A stretch of 52,284 nucleotides of DNA from contig JAXLNO010000311.1 in assembly GCA_038087875.1 (NCBI GenBank), positions 62,001 to 114,284 of the forward strand, written 5' to 3'. Numbering within the stretch: the first letter of the stretch is position 1; every line of letters begins with the position of its first letter. The notes beneath the pieces were generated by a model. It was not told the origin of the DNA. It searched no databases and saw only the letters and a program-made list of their open reading frames with translations. Positions 10,951-25,247 of this stretch are shown in pieces. This stretch comes from Malacoraja senta. Its lineage: Eukaryota. The translations under genes were made by a program, and so were the position numbers.

Positions 10951-13470
10951 CATAGAAACATAGAAATATAGAAAAATAGGTGCAGGAGTAGGCCATTCGG
11001 CCCTTCGAGCCTGCACTGCCATTCAATATGATCATGGCTGTTCATCCAACTCAGTATCCTGTACCTGCTTTCTCTCCATACCCCCTGATACCTTTAGCCA
11101 CAAGGGCCACATCTAGCTCACTCTTAAATATAGCCAATGAACTGGCCTCAACTACATTCTGTGGCAGAGAATTCCAGAGATTCGCCACTCTCTGTGTAAG
11201 AAATGTTTTTCTCATCTCAGTCCTAAAAGATTTCCCCTTTATCCTTAAACGGTGACCCTTTGTTCTGGTCTTCCTCAACATCGGGAACAATCTTCCTGCA
11301 TCTAGCCTGTCCAACCCCTTAAGAATTTTGTAAGTTTCTATAAGATCCCCCATCAATCTTCTAAATTCTAGCGAGTACAAGCCGAGTCTACCCAGTCTTT
11401 CTTCATATGAAAGTCCTGACATCCCAGGAATCAGTCTGGTGAACCTTCTCTGTACTCCCTCTATGGCAAGAATGTCCTTCCTCAGATTAGGAGACCAAAA
11501 CTGTACACAATACCCCAGGTGTGGTCTCACCAAGACCCTGTACAATTGCAGTAGAGCCTCCCTGCTCCTATACTCAAATCCTTTTGCAATGAATGCTCAC
11601 ATACCATTCGCTTTCTTCACTGCCTGCTGCACCTGCATGCCTACTTTCAATGACTGGTGTACCATGACACCCAGGTCTCGTTGCATCTCCCCTTTTCCTA
11701 ATCGGCCACCATTCAGGTAATAGTCTACTTTCCTGTTTTTGCCACCAAAGTGGATAACCTCACATTTATCCACATTATACTGCATCAGCCATGCATTTGC
11801 ACACTCACCCAGCCTATCCAAGTCATCTTGCAGCCTCCTAGCACCCTCCTCACAGCTAACACTGCCCCCCCAGCTTCGTGTCATCCGCAAACTTGGAGAT
11901 GTTGCATTCAATTCCCTCGTCCAAATCATTAATATATATTGTAAATAGCTGGGGTCCCAGCACTGAGCCTTGCGGTACCCCACTAGTCACTGCCTGCCAT
12001 TCTGAAAAGGACCCGTTTACTCCTACTCTTTGCTTCCTGTCTGCCAGCCAGTTCTCTATCCACATCAATACTGAACTCCCAATGCCGTATGCTTTAAGTT
12101 TGTGTACCAATCTCTTATGTGGGACCTTGTCGAAAGCGTTCTGAAAGTCCAGATATAACACATCCACTGGTTCTCCCTCATCCACTCTACTAGTTACATC
12201 CTCGAAAAATTCTATAAGATTCATCAGACATGATTTACCTTTCATAAATCCATGCGGACTTTGTCCAATGATTTCACCATTTCCCAAATGTGCTGCTATC
12301 CCATCTTTAATAACTGACTCTAGCAGTTTCCCCACTACCGATGTTAGACTAACTGGTCTGTAATTCCCCGTTTTCTCTCTCCCTCCCTTTTTAAAAAGTG
12401 GGGTTACATTAGCTACCCTCCAATCCTCAGGAACTACTCCAGAATCTAAAGAGTTTTGAAAAATTATCACTAATGCTTCCACTATTTCTGGGCTACTTCC
12501 TTAAGTACTCTGGGATGCAGCCTATCTGGCCCTGGGGATTTATCAGCCATTAATCCATTCAATTTACCTAACACCACATCCCGGCTAACCTGGATTTCAC
12601 TCAGTTCCTCCATCCCCCGGTCCCCTGCTATTTCCGGCGGATTAATTAAGTTTTCCTTAGTGAAGACAGAACCAAAGTAGTTATTCAATTGGTCTGCCAT
12701 GTCCTTGTTCCCCATGATCAATTCAGCTGTTTCTGACTGCAAGGGACCTACATTTGTTTTAACTAATCTTTTTCTCTTCACATATCTATAAAAACTTTTG
12801 CAGTCAGTTTTTATGTTCCCTGCCAGTTTTCTTTCATAATCTATTTTCCCTTTTCTAATTAAACCCTTGTCCTCCTCTGCTGGACTCTGAATTTCTCCCA
12901 GTCCTCTGGTAGGCTGCTTTTTCTGGCTAATTTGTATGCTTCATCTTTTGTTTTGATACTATCCCTGATTTCCCTTGTTATCCACAGATGCACTGCCTTC
13001 CCTGATTTATTCTTTTGCCAAACTGGGATGAACAATTGTTGTAGTTCATCCATGCAGCCTTTAAATGCCTTCCATTGCATATCCATCGTCAATCCTTTAA
13101 GAATCAATTGCCAGTCTATCCTGGCCAATTCACATCTCATACCCTCAAAGTTACCTTTCTTTATGTTCAGAACCCTTGTTTCTGAATTAATTATGTCACT
13201 CTCCATCCTAATGAAGAACTCAACCATATTACGGTCACTCTTGCCCAAGGGGCCACGCACAACAAGACTGCTAACTAACCATTCCTCATTACTCAATACC
13301 CAGTCTAGAATAGCCTGCTCTCTCGTTGTTTCCTCTACATGTTGATTTAGAAAATTATCCCGCATACATTCCAAGAAATCCTCTTCCTCAGCACCCCTGC
13401 CAATTTGATTCACCCAATCTATATGTAGATTGAAGCCACCCATTATAACTGTTTTACCTTTGTTGCACGT
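10951..13470 (-). mobile_element. Young 5'-truncated CR1 LINE (ORF2 frameshifted)
   Basis: ORFs 12859-13500, 12482-12781, 11856-12482, 11597-11983 and 11051-11545 tile the CR1 EN end and RT ([22 protein letters not shown]). The tail is (tttctatg)n. Confidence 0.92.
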
Positions 13471-14857
13471 ACCTAGGTACATGTGACAATAAAATACCAT
13501 TGAATCATTGAATTCAGTGCAGTAATGAGATGAAATCTTTTCACCCAGAGGGTAATTAGTCTTTCAAATTCTCTGTCCAAGAAGGCTGCAGGCATTCAGT
13601 CAATCAGATGCTTGAGGCAGGGGAGAGGAAGATGCTTGAATACAAAAGGAATCGTTGGTTAGTTCGGGAAAATGGTGGTCTGCTAGAAGATCGGTTATGA
13701 TCTTATAGAATATCAGAGATTGGGGACAAAGGATGAATGGCACCATTTTGCTTATGTTAGGTTTGTACCCACTCCACAAGAGAGTCCAGAAGGAAAGAGA
13801 GTATGGTGTGTTCAATTGTCATATGTGCTGATTACAAAACAATGACATTCATGTAGCAGACCTGTAAGACAATACAAATAGATAACATACTAAAAATTCA
13901 GTGAATTGATAATCCCAATACTTGTGCAAAAACACCTCGAATACTTTGTTCAACCAAAGACAGTCTATAGGTCTACAGGGTCCGACTGGACACATTACCT
14001 ATCCATTCTCACCAGCGATGCTGCCTGATCTGCTGAGTTACTCCAACACTTTATCTTTATTTTGTTCATTATTCATAGTTGAGTGTAGCGTAGTTCAGGG
14101 TTCACTATACGAGAAGATTTTAATGATCACATTCTAGCATGCATCTCCAGAGCCAAACAAAACAATTACATTCTCCTTTGATGGTAATAATCTAATTTGG
14201 TGAAAGGTGAAACAGGCATAGATATAAAGAATAACATATTTATAGCAGTTCCAATGTAGGAAAATGCTTCAATGAGATTCGTAAGAATATTATTCTGTAA
14301 CATTTTACTTCGAGTAGTATAATGGCATTACATGACAATTAGTAAATTAAGGTGCATCTTAAAGGAGGAATAAGAGGTAGGGATATTTAGAGAGCAATTC
14401 TATGACTTAGGCCTGCTCTTCAGATGAAGTGCTTCAATTTGTGAATAATCAGGAAGTTATACTGCCCGGTTCATCATGGGTTCTGACCTCACCACCATCG
14501 AAGGGATCCACACGAGACGCTGCCTCAAAAAGGAAGCCAACATCATCCCACTGGCCGCGCTTTCAATACCTCACACCATGGGGAAGAAAGTATAGGTGTT
14601 TGAAAACCATGACCTCCAGGTTCAAGAATAGCTTCTTCCCAACTATCGCGCACTTGAACGCTACACAACGCTAACCTCAACTGTGAAATTCTATGAACTG
14701 TCTTTGGTTGCACTAAGAACTCTGAGATTTTGTTTGCCCTAGTATTGAGTTTAGTAATTTATTGATTTTATTTTTGTTGGTTTTATTATGTATTTTCTAC
14801 GCGTATTGTCTGTTCAGAACTGTTATCATGCTCTGAGTAAAAATCTCATTGTTCCGT

Positions 14858-14966
14858 TTCTGTCTCTGTCAGTGTCTGTGTCTGTGTCTCTCTGTGTCTG
14901 TGTCTCTCTGTGTCTGTGTCTCTCTGTGTCTGTGTCTCTCTGTGTCTGTGTCTCTCTGTGTGTGTG

Positions 14967-14997
<31 letters not shown>
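14858..14997. repeat. Compound (TGTCTC/TG)n microsatellite
   Basis: Directly visible. Confidence 0.95.
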
Positions 14998-15000
<3 letters not shown>

Positions 15001-18000
15001 TTGGTGCAGGGGGGAAGATGTGTATATATATATACTGTATATATGACAATTAAGCACTCAACTCTTGATTAAAACTGGAAGATGGATTGCAATGCTGAGG
15101 AACAATGCCGAGGGAGGAGCTGCGTAGGAAGGAACTGCAGATGCTGGTTTAAACCGAAGATAGACACAAAAAGCTGGAGTAACTCAGCGGGTCAGACAGC
15201 GACTCTGGAGAAAAGAAATAGGTAGCGTTTCAGCTCGAGACCATTCTTCAGACTGATAGTCAGGGGAAAGTGAAACGAGAGATACAGGCGGTGATATAGA
15301 GAGATATAAGAACAAATGATTGAAAGATTTGCTTTGAATGAAAGAGCTGTTGGTCTTAGATATTTGAATACAATGATCAGAGTTTAAAATCTGAAATTTT
15401 TTCAATCAGAAAGATGATGGGTGAATGGGATGGAGCAAGTTAGCACAATGATGACAAAGTCTAAAGAAGGGCCTCAATCTGAAACATCACCCATTCCTTC
15501 TCTAGAGATGCTGCCTGTCCCACTGAGTTATTCCAGCATTTTGTGTCTATCGCTAAGTGCTGGAGTAACTCAGCTGGTCAGGCAGCATCTCCGGAGAACG
15601 TGGCTAGATGACGTTTAGGGTAAACACCCTTCTACAGAGTGAAGAAGGGGTCTTGACCCGAAACATCTATCCATCATCACATATCAATGTTCTCCAGGGA
15701 TGCTGCCAGACCCACTAAGGTGCTCCAGCACTTTGTGTCTCTTTCTTTGTGAACCAACATTTGTAGTTCCTTGTTTCTACAGTGTAAATTGACTGTCATT
15801 TGTAGGTAAGTGATAGAATCTGGAGAGAGATGATGGGAATTTGCAGAGAATAAGAATGAGTTGATCAAGAGCAAGAGTTTAATTGTCATCTGTACTGGCA
15901 ATGGAACAATGAAATTCTTATACATATATTAAATATACAACAATCAATGGTAAAATAAATTAATATTAGTTATACTAGGTAACCAGACCATAACAGTGGA
16001 AAAACAAACATCCTTACTGCAACCAAAATAAAGTTATTGCAAATCAGAGTTGTTGAGGTAAGGTTGTGGTTCGTGTTGTGCAGTGTTTAAATGCCTGCTG
16101 CTCATGAGAAAAAAGCTGCTCTTAAACCTGGAGCTAACAGTTCCCAGGCTCTCTAACCTCAGAGGCAGTTGATTGGTTCAACGGTATTTTATTTGTGGCA
16201 AGTACCGAGGTACAGTGAAATTCATTATTGTATACAGTTTAGTACAAGTATCACTATACATAAGCCCTTAGATACATCTTAGATAAGCATCTCAGATACA
16301 GTACAAGTGTATAGCAGTAGTAAGCTGAGACAGTATACAGTGTCGCCAGTTTTTTGTGCCATTTTCACGTCCCAGTTGTTGTAAGTGAGGGTTCTTGGCC
16401 TGACCATGAGGCCCATTGTCCTGGTGTTGTTGCAGGGTTGACCTGTCCAATCGAAGCTGTGGTGTCCTCTACTGCTGCAGGGCGCAACTGGTCCATGTGC
16501 CCGGCCTCTTGGATCAGCGCCTGGAACAGCCAAGTCCCAGGCTGCTGTAGGGCCTCCAGCACCCACTCCACTGTTGAGGCAGTCCATTCCCTCCCGCAGC
16601 CTGTCTGCCTATAAGCCATCCATCTGACTCCTTCCACTCTGGGCGGGCGAGCTGGGCCTTCCAGGTGGGTCCTCCATCCACAGTCCACAGCGAGCAAGAA
16701 CTCAGTCCGTGATGGATGGGCCAGATCTTCCGGGCGAATTCCAGGTCCAGGGTGTCCGGCCCTGAGAGTATGGCCAGGGTGGTGTGGGTCTCTGATGATA
16801 TTAGCTGTCTTTCTGAGGCAGCACCTCCTGTAGATCAATGGTGGGATGGAATGGTATGGAATTAGTGCTTCATGGTCAGTGGACTGTTGGCTGAAGGTTC
16901 TGTTTGTGTGTCTCTGTGACTATATGTGTGGAGAATGCTTCAAAAGAGTACGTGAAGGGGCATTCTAAATGATGGGATGCATTGTAAACGGGGCCCTCAA
17001 AGTATTGATCTGTAAAATGCTAAATCTGCATTTTATTGCAGGGGACTAGAGTTTAATGGTAGCCAATCCACATAAACACTTGTTCTTGTCTATGGCAAGT
17101 TTTGCAGACTGCTCCAATTACAATAAATTAATATATAAAGAGAGTGGGATACTAGAAGATGCATTCCTTTTATCCATAGATGCTGCCTGTTCCACTGCAT
17201 TACTCCAGTATTTTGTCTCTATCTTTGGTGTAAGCCAGCATCTGCAGTGCCTTCCTACACAGACACAAGAAGGATCCCAACAATGGGTTCTGTTTGTATG
17301 GAGTTGATACGTTCTCCCTGTGACCGCTCGGCTTTCCTCTGGGTGCTCAGAGGGCGGTGGAGGCCGGTTCTCTGGATACTTTCAAGAGAGAGCTAGATGG
17401 GCCTCTTAAAGATAGCGGGGTCAGGGGATATGGGGAGAAGGCAGGAACGGGGTACTGATTGGGGATGATCAGCCATGATCACATTGAATGGCGGTGCTGG
17501 CTCAAAGGGCCAAATGGCCTACTCTTGCACCTATTGTCTATTGTCTATTGTTTCCTCCCACGTTCCAAAGACGTGTGTGTTTGTAGGTTTATTGGCCGCT
17601 GTAAATTGCCCTGAGTGTGTAGGATGTGAAACAGGGAAAACATAGAACTAGTGTATGGGTTGATGGTCAGTGCAGACTCAGTGGGCAGAAAGGCCTGTTT
17701 CCATGCTGCATCTGTTAAAAAAGATTGGTGAGCATGATACCCGAATTCAAACGTCACAGAGAAACCAACACATTTTAGTTTGTACAGACAAGAACACCCA
17801 AGAATGTTTGTATTCAAAGAGACCAACAAAGTAATAAAGGTTTGCAGGTACAAAGTTCAACAGTGAGCATTGCTTAATCTATTCTTATACTTAGAACATT
17901 GTAGACGTAGGGCATTCAGCACAGGGAGGCTGTCCCATTGAGGGGGACGAGAACAAATGGGGAACTGTGGGGATGGGGGCGCCACTAAGAACAAAGGGGG

Positions 18001-18504
18001 AACTGGTGGGGATGGGGTCTGCTGCCATGTGTGGCAACAGGCAGTGGATAGGACTGTTCGGTAATTTGTAACTTTGTCTGCGCCAACACATGACGACATT
18101 TTTGTACAGCCTAGGTTCAGTTTAGTTTATTGTCACGTGTCGAGGTACAGTGAAAAGCTTTTTGTTGCTTACTAACCAGTCAGTAGAAAGACAATACATG
18201 ATTACAATCAATGCATTTACAGTGTAGAGACACATGATAAAGGAATAATGTTTAATGCAAGGTGAAGCCAGCAAAGTCCGGTCAAGGATAGACCGAGGTT
18301 GTATGGAAAACAAAGCATTTCACTATACCCAGGTACCCTGGGTACATGTGACAATAGAGTATCATTCAATCATTCTTTCATTCATCAGTCCTATTCCTCA
18401 CAATTTATTTTCCATATAACACAGGCACCCATGGCCGCCAATGCTCCTTTGATTTTCTTTGCCATTTACGTGTGTTGATCTGGCTAATGGGTTTTGTGAA
18501 GTAC

Positions 18505-18787
18505 AGCACAGTGGTGCAATGGTAGAGAGTTGCTGCCTCATAGCGCCAGAGACCCAGGTTCAATCCTGACTTCAGGTCTGTCTATGTGGCGTTTGCACAT
18601 TTTCACTGTGACCGAGTGGGTTTCCTCCAGGTGTGTTTCCTCCCACAACCCAAAGGCATGCAGCTTTGTAGGTTAATTGGCCTATGTAAATTGCCCCTAG
18701 TGTGTAAAGAGTGGACGAGAAAGTGGAATAACTAGAGTGAATGGGAGATCAATGGTCAGCATGGACCCAGTGGGCCCGTTTCCGCTA
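18505..18787 (+). mobile_element. HE1/V-SINE-like element
   Basis: tRNA-like head and conserved body. Confidence 0.7.
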
Positions 18788-18788
18788 T

Positions 18789-19075
18789 AACCATATAATA
18801 TAACCATATAACAATTACAGCACGGAAACAGGCCATCTCGACCCTTCTAGTCCGTGCCGAACACGTATTCTCCCCTAGTCCCATATACCCGCGCTCAGAC
18901 CATAACCCTCCATTCCTTTCCCGTCCATATAACTATCCTATTTATTTTTAAATGATAAAAACGAACTTGCCTCCACCACCTTCACTGGAAGCTCATTCCA
19001 CACAGCCACCACTCTCTGAGTAAAGAAGTTCCCCCTCATGTTACCCCTAAACTTCTGTCCCTTAATTCTCAAGTC
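18789..19075 (-). mobile_element. CR1 3' end fragment (different subfamily)
   Basis: LRIKGQKFRGNMRGNFFTQRVVAVWNELP on the minus strand, with a (ttatatgg)-type tail. Confidence 0.75.
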
Positions 19076-19959
19076 AACCCTTAACTCTAAACTAACCTTA
19101 AAAACCACTAAAATTACTGATTTATTGCAAGTAGCTAGATTCAAACTATTTAAACTACTGAAGACGGGTCCTGACTCAAAACATTACCTGTCCATTCCAG
19201 CCACAGATGCTGCCTGACTCACTGAGTTCCTCCAGTATTTCATTGCTCAAGATTCCAACATGTCTCGATATTAACTACTTCTTTGAATAACACTGTTGTT
19301 TGGTATTTTTATGATATTTTTACGGTAGAATTGCATGCTGAAATGTTCATACCTTGAACATAGTTGAAAAGGATAGTAATTCATTAATGCATGCAGGAAT
19401 AGTATTATTAAAATTGACTTTAGTAAAATACCGAATACACTGGCAATATGCAGTAGGTCAGGCCGCATCTGTGGGCAGGAAAGCAGAATGTTTCAGGCCA
19501 GAGACCCTTCAGGACTGGGAAGGAGGAGAAAGAAGAAAGGAGGAACTGAAGATGCTGGTTAACAAAATAAGACACAGTTTTGGAATAACTCAGTGGGACG
19601 GGCAGCATTACTGGAGAGCGTGGGATGCTAAGGTTTTGGGTCAGGACCATTCTTCAAACTGATTGTGGGGGTAAATAAAGCTGGAAGAGAGGAGGGGCAG
19701 AACAAAGTATGGCAGATGATAGGTGATAGATACCAACATGAGAGAGCAGTCCTGAACTACTATCTTCCTCATTTGTGACCCTCGTACTTTCTTTGATCGG
19801 ACTTTACTGGCTTTACCTTGCACTAAATGTTATTCCCTCATCATGTATCTCTACTCTGTAAATGGTTAGTTTGTAATCATGTATTGTCTTTACGCTGACT
19901 GGTTAGCAGGCAACAAAAGCTTTTCACTGTATCTCTGTACACGTAACAATAGACTAAAC

Positions 19960-21030
19960 TAAAATGTTGCAGAGAGGATTTTCCGACAACAAAGGCCAGA
20001 GATGAAAAGACAAAAGGAATTAAAGAATGGTGAATTGTGCAAATAGAGGAATGGATGAAGGGGACGGGGGAGGGCAGAAATAGATGCAAGTCCAGATGGG
20101 GCACAGGGGAGGGGAAGAAATGGGGGGGTAGGTTACCTAAAATTCTCATCACTTCCCACACAAACCATAGCATCCCAGGTAATCTCCCCTGCAACTGCGG
20201 ATGTAACATCTGTTCCTGTACCTCCTCTGTGGTCTGCCTCGAGGGACCATAGCAGTCCTTCTAGGTGAGACAAGAGATTCATGTACACCTTCTCTAAACT
20301 GATCTATTGCATTCCCAATGTGGCCTCCTGTATATCGACGAGACCAAGCATTGACTCCACGACCATTTCGCCAAAACTGGATCTGCCATGGACTTCTGCA
20401 CTGGATCTCCTGGTTGCTAACCACTTGAACTTCCTTTCCCATTGCCATATTTACCTTTCTGTCTTGGGTCTCCTCCATTGCCAGTGTGAGGTCAATTGCA
20501 AACAGCCCCTAATATTCTTCTTGGGTAGCTTTCAACCTGATGGTGTGAACATTGAACTCGCCAATTTTAGGAAACCTAAGCCCTACTCTCCTCCTCCTCC
20601 TCCTCCTCCTCCTCCCCTTGCTCCCCCACACCCATATTTCTCCCCACCGTTGCCCCCCTCCCCTGTAGCCCACCTGGACTTGCACCTATTTCCCTCCTCT
20701 CCCCCTTCCTTCTAAATTTGCCATTTGCAACCTTTCAATTATTTGGTTGCGCACCTTCTGTATTTTTATCTCTGGCCCTTGTCCATAATCTCCCTATCAA
20801 CTCCCCCCATTACCGCCTCCTCACCTATGTTCACCTATTACCTGCCCCTCCTTTCATCCAGTTTCCTTCATCTCCCCCTCCCCCTCCCCCTCTACAATGC
20901 CCATACCACCCCCCCCCCCAACCTCCCACAATGAGTCTGAAGAAGGATCAATTCCACAACACCACATATCCATGTTTTCCAATGATACTGCCTGACCTGT
21001 CGAGTTGTCCCAGCACTTTGTGTCTTTTTC
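19960..21030. mobile_element. Degenerate Penelope-like remnant with inverted arms
   Basis: Plus-strand GIY-YIG remnant (FMYTFSKLIYCI, ~20160-20580) and terminal repeat. An inverted copy of its 3' region lies at ~19960-20150. Confidence 0.65.
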
Positions 21031-21844
21031 TAGGAGAAAAAAAAGAAGCACGTTAAGCTGCAGGAAGTGTGGGGGAGGGAGAATGTCTTTCAATGATAGA
21101 CACAGAAAGCTGGAGTAACTCAGTGGGACAGGCAGCATCTCTGGAGAGAAGGAATGGGTGACGTTTCGGGTCGAAACCCCTTTTCAGACTTTCCAAGCCT
21201 TATCTGGTAGAATTTAATGAGATAGACATCTGTTTGTGGTCGAATGCATTATCTGAAAGCTGAATGTAAATTGTACTGTTAAGGCTTTACAATACGTCAT
21301 TGGTAAAAATGTGCATGGATTGAGCATATGGGCTTAATTGTCCTCCTGCTTTGAAGGAAAGCTCACAGCATGTCTCAATTGCATGACAACCTAGTATCAT
21401 AAAAACAACTGCTGTAGGAACTCAGGTGGTAGAGGAACATCTTTGTAAGAAGGAACTGCAGATGCTGGTTTACACCGAAGATAGACACAAAATGCTGGAG
21501 TAACTCAGTGGGTCATGCAGCATTATTGGCAAAAGGAAATAGGTAACATTTCAGGTTGAGACCCTTCCTCACATCTTCAAGAGTCAAGAGTATTTTATTG
21601 TCATATGTCCCAGATAGGACAATGAAATTCTTACTTGCTGCACAACAGAAGGGAATGTAATTTGGAGGGAATTAAATTTTTCACAATGATTTTTAACTGG
21701 TACAGTAAGCCACTTCTATTATTCATAAACCATTGTAGTAATATTTTCAAAACAATATTTGAAATGGCATAAGACCAAGACTGCATGCGAAGTCATCTTC
21801 TGATACAGTTTAGGATTTGGCAGGAAATGCTAAAAATATGGTTC

Positions 21845-22128
21845 AGCACGGTGGTGCAGCGGCAGAGCTGCAGCCTTACAGCGCAAGGGACCCGGGTTTG
21901 ATCCTGACTACGGTTTCTCTCTGCATGGAGTTTGTACGTACTTCCCATGACAGGTGCAGGTTTCCTCCGGATTCCTCCCACATTCCAATGACATACCAAT
22001 TGGCTTAGTAAAATTCTAAATTGTCCCAAGTGTGCATAGAATAGTGATAGTGTGCGGGGATCGCTGGTCGGCGTGGATTCGGTGGGCTGAAGGACCGGTT
22101 TCTGCACTGTATCTCTAAATTAAACTAA
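21845..22128 (+). mobile_element. HE1/V-SINE-like element
   Basis: cagcacggtggtgcagcggcagag head and gtatctctaaattaaactaaa tail. Confidence 0.8.
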
Positions 22129-23085
22129 ATACCCAGAAAGCAAGGAAAAGTTCAAGCTTAAGGAGAGGAAATCTGAATTCACATTCAAGACCTTCATCAT
22201 TTAATTTGGCAACTAAAATGTTGCAACTCTATTTACTTCCACAGATGCTGTTGGATCATTTCCAACATGTTTATATTTCTGTGTCAAGTTTATAGCACCA
22301 TGTCATTATTTTACCTTATTTTCCACTGAAAATGGAAAGGTTGTTGTTTGGTAGATTTGTAATGTAATCATACCCTAGAACATGGGTCCTTTGTGATTAA
22401 TATTGAGAGTTGAGTCCAGCAATACATTCCTCAGGACTCGAGCATTGTGCTCTTGACCTGCTGTGAATTTATCAGAGAGAAGAAATAAGGATGTGTAAAA
22501 GTGTAGTTATGCCGGCTGAAGTATGTACATTTTTGAGATGGTAGAGAAAATGGGAAGATGAATCACTTTCTGTTCAGAAGACATTTAACAAGGTTACACT
22601 TAAAGTGTTTATAAACATTTGTGAGGTAGGATCAGGTTATTTGACTGGAAGGTAATTTCCCCAAGTGAATGTGGGTGGTGGGAAAATTGAGAGAGGAGAT
22701 TAATTGGAATGTGAGATTTACATGGAAACATAGAAAATACTGTAGGTGCAGGAGTAGGCACGAAAGCCAGACCCGTTTAACCCCCTGGAGATGGTCTGTA
22801 GTGATACCTTCTAACGAGGTTTTATGTAACAAACAATATTGCTAGTTCAGAGTCTATAAGGCTCTTAGGACCTTAACATTCTGGTGTAGATGTGCGACCC
22901 CACACAACCCAAGGACCATGGGATATGCAAACATCTAGTTTGACCTTATGCCCCTGGTCTGCTCTGCTTGACTAAGTCATCAACATAAAACCTTATTATT
23001 GCCCGCAGATCTTCCTATCCAGTGTTAACTTATGCAATGACTGGACCCGTTGCGCTGAACTCAGTGATTTGGTGCACATGTTAAT

Positions 23086-23393
23086 AGTTTAGTTTAGAGA
23101 TATAGAGCAGAAACAGGCCGTTTGGCCCACCGAGTCTGCACCGGACAGCGATTCACGCACCTTAACGCTACCTTACACACAAACGTGGGACAATTTAATA
23201 TTTACACCAAGCCCATTAACCTATAAACATGTACGTCTTTGGAGTGTGGGAGAAAATCGATGGTCTTGGAGAAAACCCATGCAGATCACGGGAGAAAGTA
23301 CAACCTCCATACAGACTGCACCTATAGTCAGGATCGAACCCGGGTCTCTGGCACTGTGAGGCAGTCACTCTACCTCTACTGCACCGTGCCACC
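23086..23393 (-). mobile_element. HE1/V-SINE-like element
   Basis: Reverse-complement match to the SINE body and tail. Confidence 0.8.
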
Positions 23394-23509
23394 CATAATA
23401 GTGCTGCCCAAAAGTCAAGAGAGTTTTATTGTCATGTGTCCCAGATAGGACAATGAATTCTTGCCTGTTGCAGCACAACAGAATATGTAAACATAATACA
23501 GAGATAAAA

Positions 23510-24158
23510 CAGAGAGATGAGTGTGTGGCCAGGATGGTGTGGGTCTTTGATGATGTTGGCAGCCATTTTGAGGCAGCGACTGCGATGGATCCCTTCGATG
23601 GAAGGGAGGTCAGAGCCGAAGATGGACTGGGCAGAAGTCACAAACTTTCTGGATTCTTTTCCGCTCCTGGACGTTCAAGTTGCCGAACCAAGCCACGATG
23701 CAACCAGTCAGCATGCTCTCTACTGTGCACCTGTACAAGTCCGAGAGAGACCTCCTTGACATACCAACTCTCCGTAATCTTCTCAGGAAAGTAGAGGCGC
23801 TGATGTGCCTTCTTTATAATTGCATCAGTGTGCTGGGACCTGGAAAGATCTTCGGAAATATGCACGCCCAGGAATTTGAAGTTCTTGACCCTTTCCACCA
23901 TCGTCCCGGGATATAAACGGGATTGTGGGTTCATATCCTACCTCTTCCAAAGTCCACAATCAGTTCCTTGGTTTTACTGGTGTTGAGGGCCGGGTTATTG
24001 TGCTGGCACCATTTGGTCAATCGGTCGATCTCACTAATATACTCTGACTCATCACCATCAGTGTTTCGTCCCACAACAGTGGTGTCGTCGGCGAACTTGA
24101 TGATGGAGTTCGGACTATGTCTGGCTGCGCAGTCATGAGTTTAGAGTGAGTACAGAAG
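23510..24158 (-). mobile_element. Rex1/Babar-type LINE RT fragment
   Basis: Minus strand reads IIKFADDTTVVG, VERVKNFKFLGVHISEDL..HTDAIIKKAHQRLYF and AANIIKDPHHPGH. Confidence 0.8.
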
Positions 24159-24550
24159 AACAGTTTTCTTGTTTTTCAGTCATCAATATTCTCACTAGAA
24201 TGGGCCACAAAAAAGTACTTCCTGTGGAAAAAGTTCAGTGACTTGGGGGAAAAAGATTTAAACTAATTGGTCAACTAAATTGTAAAAGACAATGTAAAAA
24301 GAATACAAAATGTGATCCATGAACTAGTTCAAAGAGCTGCCTTGCCTCAGGCACCATCCACTGAATGCTGCCGAGTGGTGTATTTGTGGGATACTTTGTA
24401 GGATTGCATGGAATAAAAATATACATCAATCATAAATGATTTAAATGGCACACAGGATGCCAAGTTTTATTTACACTCTATTTGTAAACACAGAACAATG
24501 CTGCACAAGGCAGGATGTACAGGAAGGAACTGCTGATGCTGGTTAAAACT

Positions 24551-25247
24551 CTTCAGTGAGTCCCTCAGCACGTACTCCTGCAGTCTGGAATGGACAGATG
24601 ATGTTTTGGGTCAGACGCTTCTTCAGACTGATTGTAATAGAAAGCTGAAAAAGAGATGTGGGGCTGGGACAAAGCCTGGCAAGTGATACAGGTGATAAGA
24701 CACAAAAAGCTAGAGTAACTCAGCGGGACAGGCAGCATCTCTGGAGAGAAGGAATGGGTGATGTTTCTGGTCGAGACCCTTCTTCAGACACTTTGTCTCC
24801 TTTTCACCTCTAGCCATTGCCACTTACTCCACCCATCTATTTATCGATATCCGTTCTCTAGTCGCACCAGCTTCTCGTTTTCACCCAACAAATAACTTAC
24901 AATGGCCTGTTTCCTTTATCATCGTTACTTTTTTGCATATCTTTCATTCATTGTTCTTTATCTCTCTACATCCTTTTCTATATCTCTTGTTTCCCTTATC
25001 CCCAACTAGTCTGAAGAAGAATCTCGACCTGAAAAGTCACCCATTCCTTCTCTCCAGAGATGCTGCCTGTCCCACTGAGTTACTCCAGCTTTTTATGTCT
25101 TATCACCTGTATCACTTGCCAGGCTTTGTCCCAGCCCCACAACTCTTTTTCAGCTTTCTATTACAATCAGTCTGAAGAAGTGTCTGACCCAAAACATCAT
25201 CTGTCCATTCCAGACTGCAGGAGTATGTGCTGAGGGACTCACTGGAG
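24551..25247. repeat. Long inverted repeat (arms ~24551-24789 and ~25010-25247, spacer ~220 bp) built from PLE termini
   Basis: The arms are reverse complements; the outer ~150 bp differ at only a handful of positions. Confidence 0.85.
24760..24787 (-). ncRNA. Hammerhead-like motif with intact core boxes
   Basis: CTGAAGA-A-GGGT-CTCG-ACCA-GAAA-CATC; both core boxes are intact and the first stem-II pair is mismatched. Confidence 0.45.

Noticed and set aside
14788..15072. Cys/Val- and Thr/His-rich ORFs
   Set aside because: These are translations of a TG/TC microsatellite.
16180..16840. ORFs of 86-157 aa on both strands
   Set aside because: They are a Rex1-type scrap (RKTANIIRDPHHPGH) joined to a GC-rich non-coding repeat with a LINE-like tail; there is no evidence of a host exon.
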